NCBI GenBank assembly: GCA_002723195.1
Contig: PBNR01000044.1
Coordinates: 54,415-118,414 of the forward strand
Direction: 5' to 3'
Length of the DNA: 64,000 nt
DNA from: Gammaproteobacteria bacterium
GTDB lineage: Bacteria; Pseudomonadota; Gammaproteobacteria; Pseudomonadales; Pseudohongiellaceae
The translations under genes and the position numbers were made by a program. Shown here in pieces: positions 27,668-36,682 of this stretch. Within the stretch, counting starts at the first letter, position 1, and each line of letters opens with the position of its first letter. The notes beneath the pieces were generated by a model. The model saw only the letters and a program-made list of their open reading frames with translations. It was not told the DNA's origin and searched no databases.

Positions 27668-29908
27668 CTAGGGTTGCCAGGCGTAACTAAACTTGGCGAA
27701 AAAAGTGCGGTTGGTGTATTCGAGGGAGCTGTAGCGGTCGTCTTCGAAACCTGTATCAGAATAGCCAATAAAGAAGCGAGTCGCCGCATTGACTCTATAG
27801 CTATAGAGTAGCTGAGTGCCAAGCTCTCGAGTACGACCATCCACGGGGAAAATGTAGTTGTCTTTATTCCGTTCTCGGTCTTCATATTGAACTGTTAGTC
27901 TTAAAAAACTGCGGGAATCGAACTGGTAGGTTGCTCTGATATCAGTGAGGTTCGCGGTAAATAGATTAGCACTATTTGATTCGAAATCTTGGTACTGATG
28001 CCCTATATCTAGTAGCAAGTGTCGACCAAAGCGATAACGAATACGAGGCCCCCAGCGTGTTGAATACCCTAACCGAGTGTTAGCGAAATCGACAACATCT
28101 TCATATCGAATCAGTGAGCTAATAGTCAAGTTAGGTGTTGGTGAAAAGCCAATATTGATCATATTAAATTGTTCATCGAAGTATTTGCCATTCCAATAAG
28201 TTTCGCTACTTCCGAATAATCCGTTTAAGAAAGACTGCAAGGGCCCATTCATGTTAAGAAAGAATTCTGTTTCTTCTTCAATTTGCAAACCAGATTGATC
28301 TTCAGTGCGGTCATAATCTGCAGCAAAGCGAATTCTACTGAAGAACCCCTCGCCATCCCATCGCCAGGTATGTCCGATAGTCGCGACTATGTGTTTGAAG
28401 TCGACGCGATTAATAAACCCTACATCAGCTCTAAAGTCCTCACCCCAATCGTAGTAACCGAGACGCCAATCCCAATTTCGGTCATTGTGGCGATACTCGA
28501 ACACATGGCTGCTATCATTAATACTTGAGTTCTGCGCAAATTGGTTCTGAATCAGTAGTGGGTAATCAGAGCTAGAATACATACTCTGAATCGATATTGT
28601 GTCTGAATCTGTAGGCCTTAAGGAGGCGTCTAGACTTATTACAGTGTTGTTGTAATCGTCGCCTCTTCTATCTGTTATTAAGGCGCCGATTGTGGAGTTT
28701 TCAAAGATGTCCATACGGTAGCGACCTATGGCTACCTTGCTTTTCATATCTCCTATGGAAGCTATGCGAGAGCTTAAGCTTTTGGGTATGATGAAATTGG
28801 TAGTTTCATCATTTGCTGCGATTAATCCATAAGTATGATCGCCAGTTTTGCCGGTAACTTTTAAACCATATTCAGGGGAAGCGATGTTTCTTGTGTGAAC
28901 TAAGTTCTCATATGTATCGAAGTAGTCCGCGCCATCGAGGAAAAAAGTTCGGCGCTCTGGAAAAAATAAACTGAAAGTATTATTTACGTCCAATTGAGTG
29001 CTGTCCGCCTCTACTTGGGAGAAATCCGGATTTATAGTCGCGTTTAAATAAATATCCTGGGTAATCCCCCAACGAAGATCGAGGCTCCCTTCAGGGTCAA
29101 AATCTTCGCGTTTCCAGTCTCTATTGACTGATGGGTCGCGGTTTTCGATTGACGAAGCGGTGAGTGTTGGAATAATTTCAAGGTTGCGACTTTGTTCAAG
29201 GTCATTGAGACCTTCCAATTTGCTTATTTGACACAGATAGCATGAGATATCCCTGCTGATTTCTTGGAGGTGTATTTCGGTACTTCGATCGCGCGGGTAA
29301 TGTCTGTATAGGTCTATCCCCCAAGTTTGTGAGGAATCGCTTTCTGGAAAGCGCAGTTGCTTTAGCGGAATAGCGAGTTCAATGCTATAGCCTGTTTCCG
29401 TAATTTGACCAACGCTGTCCCAAATTGCATTCCAAGACTCATCCTCTCTTTGATTTATACCGTCATAAATTGTGTCCATTTGTACACCTAGTGGATTGAC
29501 ATAAAATCCAAAAGCTCGCCGCTCATCATTGAACGTGTCGAGAATAATTCCCATATAATCCCCATCCCAACCGTTGTCTCGGTCTTGATAGAAGCCGCGT
29601 ATTTTTTCAGGATCAGGATCTTTAGCAAGAAAAGCAACGTATATTGTCTCACCATCCTCCATAATTAGAGCATCCGCAGACACGTCAGCATTAACGTTAT
29701 CTCGGGGCTCCACCTCTATATTCACGGGGATGCGCGCGGCTAACTCCCATTCGGAGGTTCCGATGGTGCCGTCTATCGCAGGGGCTTTGGACACACGGGG
29801 AATTGTAAAGTTATTTGCAGATTGCCCAGAGAGCAATCCGGATAGCAGTAAAACAACTGATCCTATACATAAGGAATCAAGGGAAACGATGCTGCGCCTT
29901 GCAACCAA
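27668..29908 (-). CDS. Secreted/outer-membrane protein with an N-terminal CBM9/DOMON-like domain and a large beta-rich C-terminal domain (DUF5916-like)
   Basis: It has a signal peptide (SVVLLLSGLLSGQSA). The N-terminal APAIDGTIGTSEWELAA...YVAFLAKDPDP resembles carbohydrate-binding family 9-like domains. The long alternating-pattern C-terminal region ends FFAKFSYAWQP. Confidence 0.55.
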   Translation of the reverse strand: MVARRSIVSLDSLCIGSVVLLLSGLLSGQSANNFTIPRVSKAPAIDGTIGTSEWELAARIPVNIEVEPRDNVNADVSADALIMEDGETIYVAFLAKDPDPEKIRGFYQDRDNGWDGDYMGIILDTFNDERRAFGFYVNPLGVQMDTIYDGINQREDESWNAIWDSVGQITETGYSIELAIPLKQLRFPESDSSQTWGIDLYRHYPRDRSTEIHLQEISRDISCYLCQISKLEGLNDLEQSRNLEIIPTLTASSIENRDPSVNRDWKREDFDPEGSLDLRWGITQDIYLNATINPDFSQVEADSTQLDVNNTFSLFFPERRTFFLDGADYFDTYENLVHTRNIASPEYGLKVTGKTGDHTYGLIAANDETTNFIIPKSLSSRIASIGDMKSKVAIGRYRMDIFENSTIGALITDRRGDDYNNTVISLDASLRPTDSDTISIQSMYSSSDYPLLIQNQFAQNSSINDSSHVFEYRHNDRNWDWRLGYYDWGEDFRADVGFINRVDFKHIVATIGHTWRWDGEGFFSRIRFAADYDRTEDQSGLQIEEETEFFLNMNGPLQSFLNGLFGSSETYWNGKYFDEQFNMINIGFSPTPNLTISSLIRYEDVVDFANTRLGYSTRWGPRIRYRFGRHLLLDIGHQYQDFESNSANLFTANLTDIRATYQFDSRSFLRLTVQYEDRERNKDNYIFPVDGRTRELGTQLLYSYRVNAATRFFIGYSDTGFEDDRYSSLEYTNRTFFAKFSYAWQP

Positions 29909-30067
29909 GCAATTACTCCATTCTTAGCTCGTTAGAATTTCTCTCAAGTGAGGAGGTAAGCGGAAGTGTAATCGACAAAGGCCAAGTAATGTTTGGCATT
30001 TTGTAACTATTTATTAGGTGTAAATAAAACAACCGTGAACTCTTTTTTCTGTTTTATTTGTTTCCGG

Positions 30068-30652
30068 CTATAAATTTGAAGCAGCCTCAATAATGTTATC
30101 GAAATCCGGTCTGGCCCGAAAACCTTCCTCAGCAAATTTGGCACGGATTACGCCATCGGGACTAATTAGGAATATTCCCGGATGAGGCACACCGTAGGCA
30201 CGATCACCTGGCTCATAATCTTCATTCAAGATTCCAAGGGAGTTCACATGAGTTATGCTCTCATCACGAAGTAGACTAAATTCGACCCCCTGCTCTTCTT
30301 CCACTAATTTTAATACTTCAACAGAGTCATAGGTCATTGCAGCTATATTTACCCCCATAGCCGCAAATTGATTGCTAATTTCTGTAAGCTGCACGAGCTG
30401 ACTCTTGCAAAATGGTCACCATTCGAACGAGCGACTTAACATAAATAGCAAGCCTTTTTCTCCAACAAGATCTCCAAAAGAACGTAATTTGCCATTCTGA
30501 TCTTGTGCAGAAATTTCTACAACGGAAGAACCTACAGGAAAATTCGAGGCCCATACATATTCCTGAGCCTGTGAGGTTTGATAAAAACCAATGGAAAAAA
30601 AAATGAGGAAAGTCTTACTAAGTAGCATCGCTCCTTGGTTGAAAAAACGCAT
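30068..30652 (-). CDS. Secreted AhpC/TSA (redoxin) family thiol-disulfide oxidoreductase with one in-frame TGA at the first Cys of the CxxC motif: candidate selenoprotein, otherwise a pseudogene
   Basis: Track ORFs 30416-30652 and 30068-30394 are in the same frame. They are joined by TGA (30416-30418) followed by CCA TTT TGC AAG AGT CAG CTC. The continuous reading is ...LSRSFEW-[TGA]-PFCKSQLVQLTEISNQF.... The 'start' of the downstream ORF is only a GTG (Val) in that frame. The N-terminus has a signal peptide ending SQA-QE. Confidence 0.6.
30384..30402 (-). promoter_or_regulatory. Candidate SECIS-like hairpin downstream of the in-frame UGA
   Basis: The mRNA reads UGA + 13 nt, then GUCAGCU-CGUGC-AGCUUAC. 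This is a 7-bp stem with one C.U mismatch and a 5-nt loop, so it is short and imperfect. The position fits where bacterial SECIS elements lie. Confidence 0.3.
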
Positions 30653-30800
30653 ATCTTCTCCTAGTTGCCTAGCAATTTTAATCTATCTGAAAGAAAATGC
30701 AGTAAGTCACTTTAATAATACCTAATTAAGTGTGATGTATTACTTTAGAAATAAATTACAGCATCAAAACGAACTTCCTTGAAGAAAACTAAACTTAGTC

Positions 30801-31496
30801 TTAATTAAGTTCCGATAAGAAGCGCTCGGTTCTTGGCAGATAGCTATTCTCACTATCTAAGGAAAATACCACCGAAGAGGAGCGCCCTATAATTTCTTCG
30901 CGAGGGACAAAACTGTAGATTCTGCTATCAGCACTGTTATCTCGGTTATCGCCCAGCACAAAATATTGATTCTCTGGGACTACAGTTGGACCGTAACTGC
31001 GATTATTGCGGTTCAGATAACCGCGGGATAATCTCGCTCGGTATTTTTTTTCCGGGAGATGCTCCTGGATAATAATTGATGAGCCTTCAGTTGACAGAAC
31101 TTCATAGTCTGCGGCTACGTCATTGATCACCAGGTTATTGTTCTGCATGTAAATAGTATCGCCCGGTATTCCAACAATGCGTTTCACCAGTCGTTTGTCA
31201 GCAACTTTGGAGTCAATCATAACAATGTCACCTCTCCTAGGATCAGAAACTTCCGTGAGTGAGATTTCTGTAAACGGTATTTTCACGTCGTAAGCTAATT
31301 TATTAACCCATACCTTATCGCCGTCTAGCAGAGTGGGCAACATAGATGCGCCAGATATAGAACTCAAGTCAGCGATTGCGCTTTTAAAGAAAACGATACA
31401 GAGCAAAAGAGCAAAAAATTGCCGATTTTCCTCCCAGAAAATCGACAAATAGCCTCGAATACGATTAGGCAGACTGTGTTTGTTTGATTCGTGCAC
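30801..31496 (-). CDS. lepB: Signal peptidase I (S26), short form
   Basis: The catalytic Ser is in SGASMLPTL and the catalytic Lys in KRIVGIPGD. The conserved GDNRDNSADSR box is present. Confidence 0.9.
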   Translation of the reverse strand: MHESNKHSLPNRIRGYLSIFWEENRQFFALLLCIVFFKSAIADLSSISGASMLPTLLDGDKVWVNKLAYDVKIPFTEISLTEVSDPRRGDIVMIDSKVADKRLVKRIVGIPGDTIYMQNNNLVINDVAADYEVLSTEGSSIIIQEHLPEKKYRARLSRGYLNRNNRSYGPTVVPENQYFVLGDNRDNSADSRIYSFVPREEIIGRSSSVVFSLDSENSYLPRTERFLSELN

Positions 31497-31705
31497 GCAA
31501 GATTCTCAACTTTGAGCGATTAAATTAGCTGTGCATTCTGTTTATGTCAATGTAGCTTTTTGTTCAAATGGAATTGAGGCCATAATGACCCCTGTAATTC
31601 ATTGGTATTAGTTAGGCCCCGGTTCTTGTTGGCGAATCTCTAAGCTACAGCAACTGAAGAGTCGGTTTTAACCCCTGGTTGCAAATCATAGCTGGCTCAA
31701 ATAAC

Positions 31706-31721
31706 CTGTACGGCTGTACAG
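31706..31721. promoter_or_regulatory. Putative LexA (SOS) box, CTGT-N8-ACAG
   Basis: CTGTACGGCTGTACAG, followed by TA, ends 38 nt upstream of the lhr ATG (31760). It matches the gammaproteobacterial consensus CTGT-N8-ACAG (E. coli TACTGTATATATATACAGTA). Confidence 0.5.
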
Positions 31722-31759
31722 TATTTTAAGAGCTTACAAAACTGGCCGGTACCCAATCC

Positions 31760-34700
31760 ATGGCTTTATCGAATTTACATCCTGCTAGCGCAAACTGGTT
31801 TGAATCCAAGTTTGGTCAGGCTACTGCTGTCCAAAAGAAGGCCTGGGAGGCTATTCAAGCCGGGAAAAATACCCTGATCTCAGCACCAACCGGCAGCGGA
31901 AAGACGCTGGCGGCTTTCTATGCAGCTATCGACGATTTAGTGCAGAAAGGCACCAAGGGTCAGTTACTAGAGGGAGTTCAAATTCTTTATGTTTCACCTT
32001 TAAAGGCATTAAGTAATGATATCCATAAGAATTTGGAAACTCCGCTTGACGGTATTGCAGAACAACTGAATCTGCTAGGGGAATCACCGGTAAATATTTC
32101 TATAGCGGTTCGCACAGGGGATACACCTGCTAAAGAACGGCAAAAGATGGTTAGAAACCCTCCTCATATTTTGGTTACCACGCCGGAATCACTCTATTTA
32201 CTACTTACCAGTACAGGCGGTCGTTCAATCTTGTCCGCTGTTTCAACCCTAATAGTAGATGAAATTCACGCCATGCTTGGGGACAAAAGAGGCTCACATT
32301 TGGCGCTATCCATGGAACGGTTGCAAAACCTAGTGAACAAAAACACCGGGCAATACGTACAGCGCATTGGTCTTTCGGCCACTCAGAAGCCTATACAGGT
32401 GGTGATGAAATACCTAGTTGGTTGTGGAGGTATTGCTCAGCGGACTGAAGGTGAAAAGGAAACTGAATGTGAAATTATAGATAGTGGTTTTCAGCGGGAT
32501 ATAGACGTTACTTTGGAGGTACCGGAGTCACCTTTATCAGCACTCATGAGCAATGAGGTGTGGGAAGAACTATATAGAAGGCTGGTTGAGTTGATCCATC
32601 AGCATGAAACCACCCTAGTTTTTGTTAATACTCGGCGGCTTTCAGAAAGATTAGCATTGGCACTCTCAGAGCGCCTGGGTGAACGATTTGTTTGTTCTCA
32701 TCATGGCAGTATGAGTAAAGACCTACGTTACGATGCGGAACAGAAACTTAAAGCGGGAGAATTAAAAGTATTAGTAGCAACTGCTTCCATGGAACTTGGA
32801 ATAGATATTGGTTCGATCGATTTGGTTGTACAGTTTTCTTCGCCAAAAAGTATAGCCACTTTCCTCCAAAGGATTGGGCGCAGCGGTCACACCATACACG
32901 GGACACCAAAGGGCATACTTTTTCCTTTAACAAGAGATGATCTAGTCGAATCAACAGCATTATTGCACAGCATTAAGAAAGGAGAGTTGGATAGGGTCGT
33001 GGTGCCTCAGAAACCAATGGATATACTGGCACAACAAATTGTTGCCGAAGTCTCTGCTAAACCTTCAGCTTCCAGTAGTTACGATGACAGTTGGGATTTA
33101 GGCGAATTATTTGCATTATTCAAAAAAGCCTATTCATATGGTGATTTAACCTCGGAAGAATTCAATAAAGTAGTTCAAATGTTATCAGACGGTTACTCCA
33201 CTAGAAGAGGTCGCCGCGGAACCCACCTGCATCTTGATGCCATTAACAACAAGGTTAGAGCACGTCGTGGTGCTAACCTAATATCCATCACTAATGGTGG
33301 CGCGATACCGGATATGTTTGATTATCAAGTCGTGCTGGACCCCGAAGACGTTGTTGTTGGCAGTCTCAACGAAGATTTTGCCTTGGAGGCATTGCCAGGG
33401 GATGTCTTTACTTTGGGTACCCACGCTTGGCAAATGTTGCGGATAGATGGACTAAAAGTGAGAGTAAGAGACGCAGAGGGCGCCCAACCCACAATTCCTT
33501 TTTGGTTTGGCGAAGGGCCGAGTCGAACTCAAGAACTTTCGGTCTCCGTTGCAGAGATAAAACAAACTATCGCTGACTTTCTAACTGATAATTGTGCGAA
33601 TGCTGCAATACAATTTCTAGTTGATGAAGTGTCTTTGCCACTTTCTGCTGCAATTCAAGTAACGGAATACTTGCAATCGGGCATAAATGCTTTAGGTGTA
33701 ATGCCGACGCGCGAATTGATCGTAATAGAGAGGTTTTTCGACGAGGTTGGTGACATGCATGTCGTCATTCATTCGCCTTATGGTAGCCGTATAAATCGAG
33801 GCTGGGGTTTGGCCTTACGTAAACGCTTTTGTAAATCATTCAATTTTGAGTTACAAGCCGCCGCTAATGAAGACAGTATTGTTATTTCTCTTGGGTCAAT
33901 TCACAGCTTTCCATTAGATGACGTTTTTAAGTATTTGCGAAGTGAAAACGTAAGAGAAGTATTAATACAAGCCATGTTGGATGCGCCAATGTTTGAAGTC
34001 CGTTGGCGTTGGAATGCGACTCGATCATTAGCAATTCAAAGGAATCGAAATGGTAAACGAGTACCTCCACAATTTCAGAGAATGGATGCTGAAGATTTGA
34101 CCGCTCATATTTTCCCTGATCAGATCGCTTGTCAGGAAAACATTGTGGGTACGCGAGATATTCCTGACCATCCATTGGTGAAGCAGACTGTAAACGATTG
34201 TCTGACGGAAGCTATGGATATTAAAGCGTTGGAAAAGTTAATAGGCAATATAGAACAGAAATCCTTAACCTTGGTTTCAAAGGACCTAAGAGAGCCTTCG
34301 CCTTTCGCTCAAGAAATTATTAATGCAAGGCCCTATGCTTTTTTAGATGATGCGCCTTTCGAGGAGCGCAGAACCAATGCCATTCGCAATCGAAGGTGGT
34401 TAGACCCATCAGAAGAAAAGGATTATAGCCTTTTAGATTCCGAGGCGATTTTGCAAGTCAGACAAGAAGCCTGGCCTTATGTAAGCAATGCAGAAGAGCT
34501 TCATGACGCCTTGTTATCTCTAAGTTATATGACGGATGCAGAATTTACGCTACATCAGTGCGGGCGTTGGAAAGAACAGTTAATTAGAGAAGGTCGCCTC
34601 TTGCAGCTCAAGAGCCACATAAATCAATTATGGATTGCGGCTGAGTATTTTCCGAAGTTTAAAGTTATTTTCTCAAGCATGAAAGACCAGATTGCTTTGC

Positions 34701-36256
34701 CAGAGAGTTTGCTCGCGCAAGATTGGTCGGAAGAAAAGGCGTTGATTGCGATTATAAGAGGAAGGCTAGAAGGCTCGGGTCCAATCCTGGCATCATCGAT
34801 TGCTGATCAGTTGAAAGTAGACATTAAGAAAATAGATGCCACCTTGATAGCATTGGAAACAGAAGGGTTTGCTTTTCAGGGGCACTTCAGCAATAGGGAA
34901 GGAAAAATTTCTAAAACCGAAACAGAGTCAACCAAACAGAAAGAATGGTGTGAGCGTCGGTTATTGCAGCGTATACATCGTTATACGATCGACGCACATC
35001 GGAAAGCGACTAAACCTGTTTCTATAGAAACTTATAATGAATTTTTATTTGAACAACATCAACTCGTTCCGATTAATAAAAACACTAGTGGGCAGGAACC
35101 TTCACTCGATGGCCCGACCAAACTTCAAAACACATTGAATTTGTTGGATGGCATCGCTTGTCCCGCTGCTACGTGGGAGGCGGATATTTATCCAGCAAGA
35201 ATCGAGAATTACGATCCGAGTTGGCTCGATACTATGTGTATTAGCGGGAAGGTAGCCTGGGGTCGCTATAGCTTGCCAAATAGCTTCCGTCGGCCAGGTA
35301 AGACTAGAGCAATGGGACCTGTAAAGAGCACACCTATTACCTTGGCCGGGCGCAAAAATTTAGACATTTGGCAGGCATTAGCAAGATCACAATTGTCAAA
35401 AGAGTCGGTAAAGTTCAGTGGAATTGCTTCTAAAATTGAAGCGGATTTAGAGGCTCATGGTGCGAGTTTCTTTGGGCAGATTCAATCACGAACCGGATTG
35501 TTAAAATCACAGTTAGAGGAAGGATTAGGTGAGCTTGTTGGTTTCGGTCGGGTTTGCAGTGATAGTTATACAGGGCTTCGTGCATTGTTAACACCAGCTA
35601 ATAAAAAGCCGAGCACAAGAAGGCGACGTAATCGAAGGACTATGTTTGGCGTCGAGGACGCAGGGCGTTGGAGTCTTTTAGATACATTTCAATTGCAATT
35701 ATCGCAGGAAGGCGCAAACAAAAAACCTTCCCACACTTGGCAGATATTGGACGAGGAACAAATTGAAAGATTAATCAGTATATATCTGCAGCGTTGGGGA
35801 GTGCTGATGCGATCCTTATTGGAAAGAGAGTCGTTTGCCCCACCTTGGCGAGTATTATTAATGCATTTACGCAAATTGGAATCGCGCGGTGTGTTGCGAG
35901 GTGGGAGATTTGTAGCTGGGGTTGGAGGAGAGCAGTTTGCTTTCCCGGAGACAGTTGATGCGTTGCGCAAATTACACAAGAAAAAAAAGAAAAATCAGCT
36001 ACATAAACCATTTTATAGTTTAAGCGCGAGCGACCCCCTAAATCTATTAAGCCTTTCCTTACCAGGCAAAAAGATTGCACGATTTTTGAGAAATAGAGTG
36101 CTTTATCAAGGAGGCTCCCCAATTGCAATTTTGGAAAATGGTGAAGTACATTTCCTACGAAACGTTGAATCGCAAAAACAATGGGATTTAAGTCAAATAT
36201 TGCGCAAACGAAATTTTCCTGAGCGACTTCGCAGTTACCTTGGTGTACATAATTGA
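31760..36256 (+). CDS. lhr: Large ATP-dependent DEAD/DEAH-box helicase Lhr
   Basis: The helicase motifs are APTGSGKT, VDEIHAM and LSATQ. At 1498 aa, it has the long Lhr-type C-terminal extension. Confidence 0.95.
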   Translation: MALSNLHPASANWFESKFGQATAVQKKAWEAIQAGKNTLISAPTGSGKTLAAFYAAIDDLVQKGTKGQLLEGVQILYVSPLKALSNDIHKNLETPLDGIAEQLNLLGESPVNISIAVRTGDTPAKERQKMVRNPPHILVTTPESLYLLLTSTGGRSILSAVSTLIVDEIHAMLGDKRGSHLALSMERLQNLVNKNTGQYVQRIGLSATQKPIQVVMKYLVGCGGIAQRTEGEKETECEIIDSGFQRDIDVTLEVPESPLSALMSNEVWEELYRRLVELIHQHETTLVFVNTRRLSERLALALSERLGERFVCSHHGSMSKDLRYDAEQKLKAGELKVLVATASMELGIDIGSIDLVVQFSSPKSIATFLQRIGRSGHTIHGTPKGILFPLTRDDLVESTALLHSIKKGELDRVVVPQKPMDILAQQIVAEVSAKPSASSSYDDSWDLGELFALFKKAYSYGDLTSEEFNKVVQMLSDGYSTRRGRRGTHLHLDAINNKVRARRGANLISITNGGAIPDMFDYQVVLDPEDVVVGSLNEDFALEALPGDVFTLGTHAWQMLRIDGLKVRVRDAEGAQPTIPFWFGEGPSRTQELSVSVAEIKQTIADFLTDNCANAAIQFLVDEVSLPLSAAIQVTEYLQSGINALGVMPTRELIVIERFFDEVGDMHVVIHSPYGSRINRGWGLALRKRFCKSFNFELQAAANEDSIVISLGSIHSFPLDDVFKYLRSENVREVLIQAMLDAPMFEVRWRWNATRSLAIQRNRNGKRVPPQFQRMDAEDLTAHIFPDQIACQENIVGTRDIPDHPLVKQTVNDCLTEAMDIKALEKLIGNIEQKSLTLVSKDLREPSPFAQEIINARPYAFLDDAPFEERRTNAIRNRRWLDPSEEKDYSLLDSEAILQVRQEAWPYVSNAEELHDALLSLSYMTDAEFTLHQCGRWKEQLIREGRLLQLKSHINQLWIAAEYFPKFKVIFSSMKDQIALPESLLAQDWSEEKALIAIIRGRLEGSGPILASSIADQLKVDIKKIDATLIALETEGFAFQGHFSNREGKISKTETESTKQKEWCERRLLQRIHRYTIDAHRKATKPVSIETYNEFLFEQHQLVPINKNTSGQEPSLDGPTKLQNTLNLLDGIACPAATWEADIYPARIENYDPSWLDTMCISGKVAWGRYSLPNSFRRPGKTRAMGPVKSTPITLAGRKNLDIWQALARSQLSKESVKFSGIASKIEADLEAHGASFFGQIQSRTGLLKSQLEEGLGELVGFGRVCSDSYTGLRALLTPANKKPSTRRRRNRRTMFGVEDAGRWSLLDTFQLQLSQEGANKKPSHTWQILDEEQIERLISIYLQRWGVLMRSLLERESFAPPWRVLLMHLRKLESRGVLRGGRFVAGVGGEQFAFPETVDALRKLHKKKKKNQLHKPFYSLSASDPLNLLSLSLPGKKIARFLRNRVLYQGGSPIAILENGEVHFLRNVESQKQWDLSQILRKRNFPERLRSYLGVHN

Positions 36257-36265
36257 CTTTAGGCT

Positions 36266-36305
36266 CCTAAAAAATCCCGCTGCTACTAGTGCAACAGCGG
36301 GATTT
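36266..36305. terminator. Rho-independent terminator hairpin, usable in both directions but with the better U-tract for - strand transcripts
   Basis: AAATCCCGCTG (36272-36282) pairs with CAGCGGGATTT (36295-36305) across a 12-nt loop. An A6 run precedes the stem on the + strand, which gives U6 on the - strand. Only TTT follows the stem on the + strand. Confidence 0.6.
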
Positions 36306-36682
36306 ACTACTGTATGGGAGCATAGGAACGCCAACGGAGCCGACAATTCCCCTCCAGCTATCCGACCAATTGTTCTAGAAGAAATAGCCGGAGGCTCCCT
36401 TAATAGATTGACTATTGATGGGATCACCTCCTTTGATTGCCAGGGTAGCAAAGAGTGCTAGAAGGTCCCCCCTGTTAGAACCGCTAACACAAGTTTAGAG
36501 TTTTTATATAACAGCTTTACACAGGAGTAAAGTCCTCAGTGTAGGCCAATTATTGAACAGAAAAGTCGCTTTTTAGCAGTGGCTAGATAATCACGTCTAT
36601 CTCTGGAAGCTGGGTTATGTGCTTCTTTATCTGAATGCTTATTACTTAGACGAACTATAAAAGTTTTACGCCGAGTATTTAA

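Noticed and set aside
30022-30059. A hairpin AAATAAAACA / TGTTTTATTT downstream of the redoxin gene as its terminator
   Set aside because: The stem is almost entirely A-T pairs with an 18-nt loop and no clear U-tract. It is too weak to call.
35981-35988. The A8 homopolymer (AAG AAA AAA AAG AAA AAT, encoding KKKKKN) in lhr as a slippage or phase-variation site
   Set aside because: The reading frame is intact across it and continues to a normal C-terminus. A basic linker is plausible at this position, and there is no evidence of a frameshift.
36188-36461. ORFs 36240-36461 (+) and 36188-36451 (-) as small protein genes
   Set aside because: They are mutually antisense over almost their whole length. 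One begins inside the lhr coding end and both run through the terminator hairpin. Neither has a convincing start context.
36257-36682. tmRNA, RNase P RNA, 6S or SRP RNA in the gene-free region after lhr
   Set aside because: I found none of the following on either strand: the tmRNA termini (GGGGCUGAUUCUGGAUUCGAC..., ...GGUUCAAAUCCCCCCAGCUCCACCA), the RNase P P4 strands (GAGGAAAGUCCGGGC, ACAGAACCCGGCUUA) or the SRP GGAAGCAGCC core. Only a weak GGAGUAAAGUCC similarity is present.
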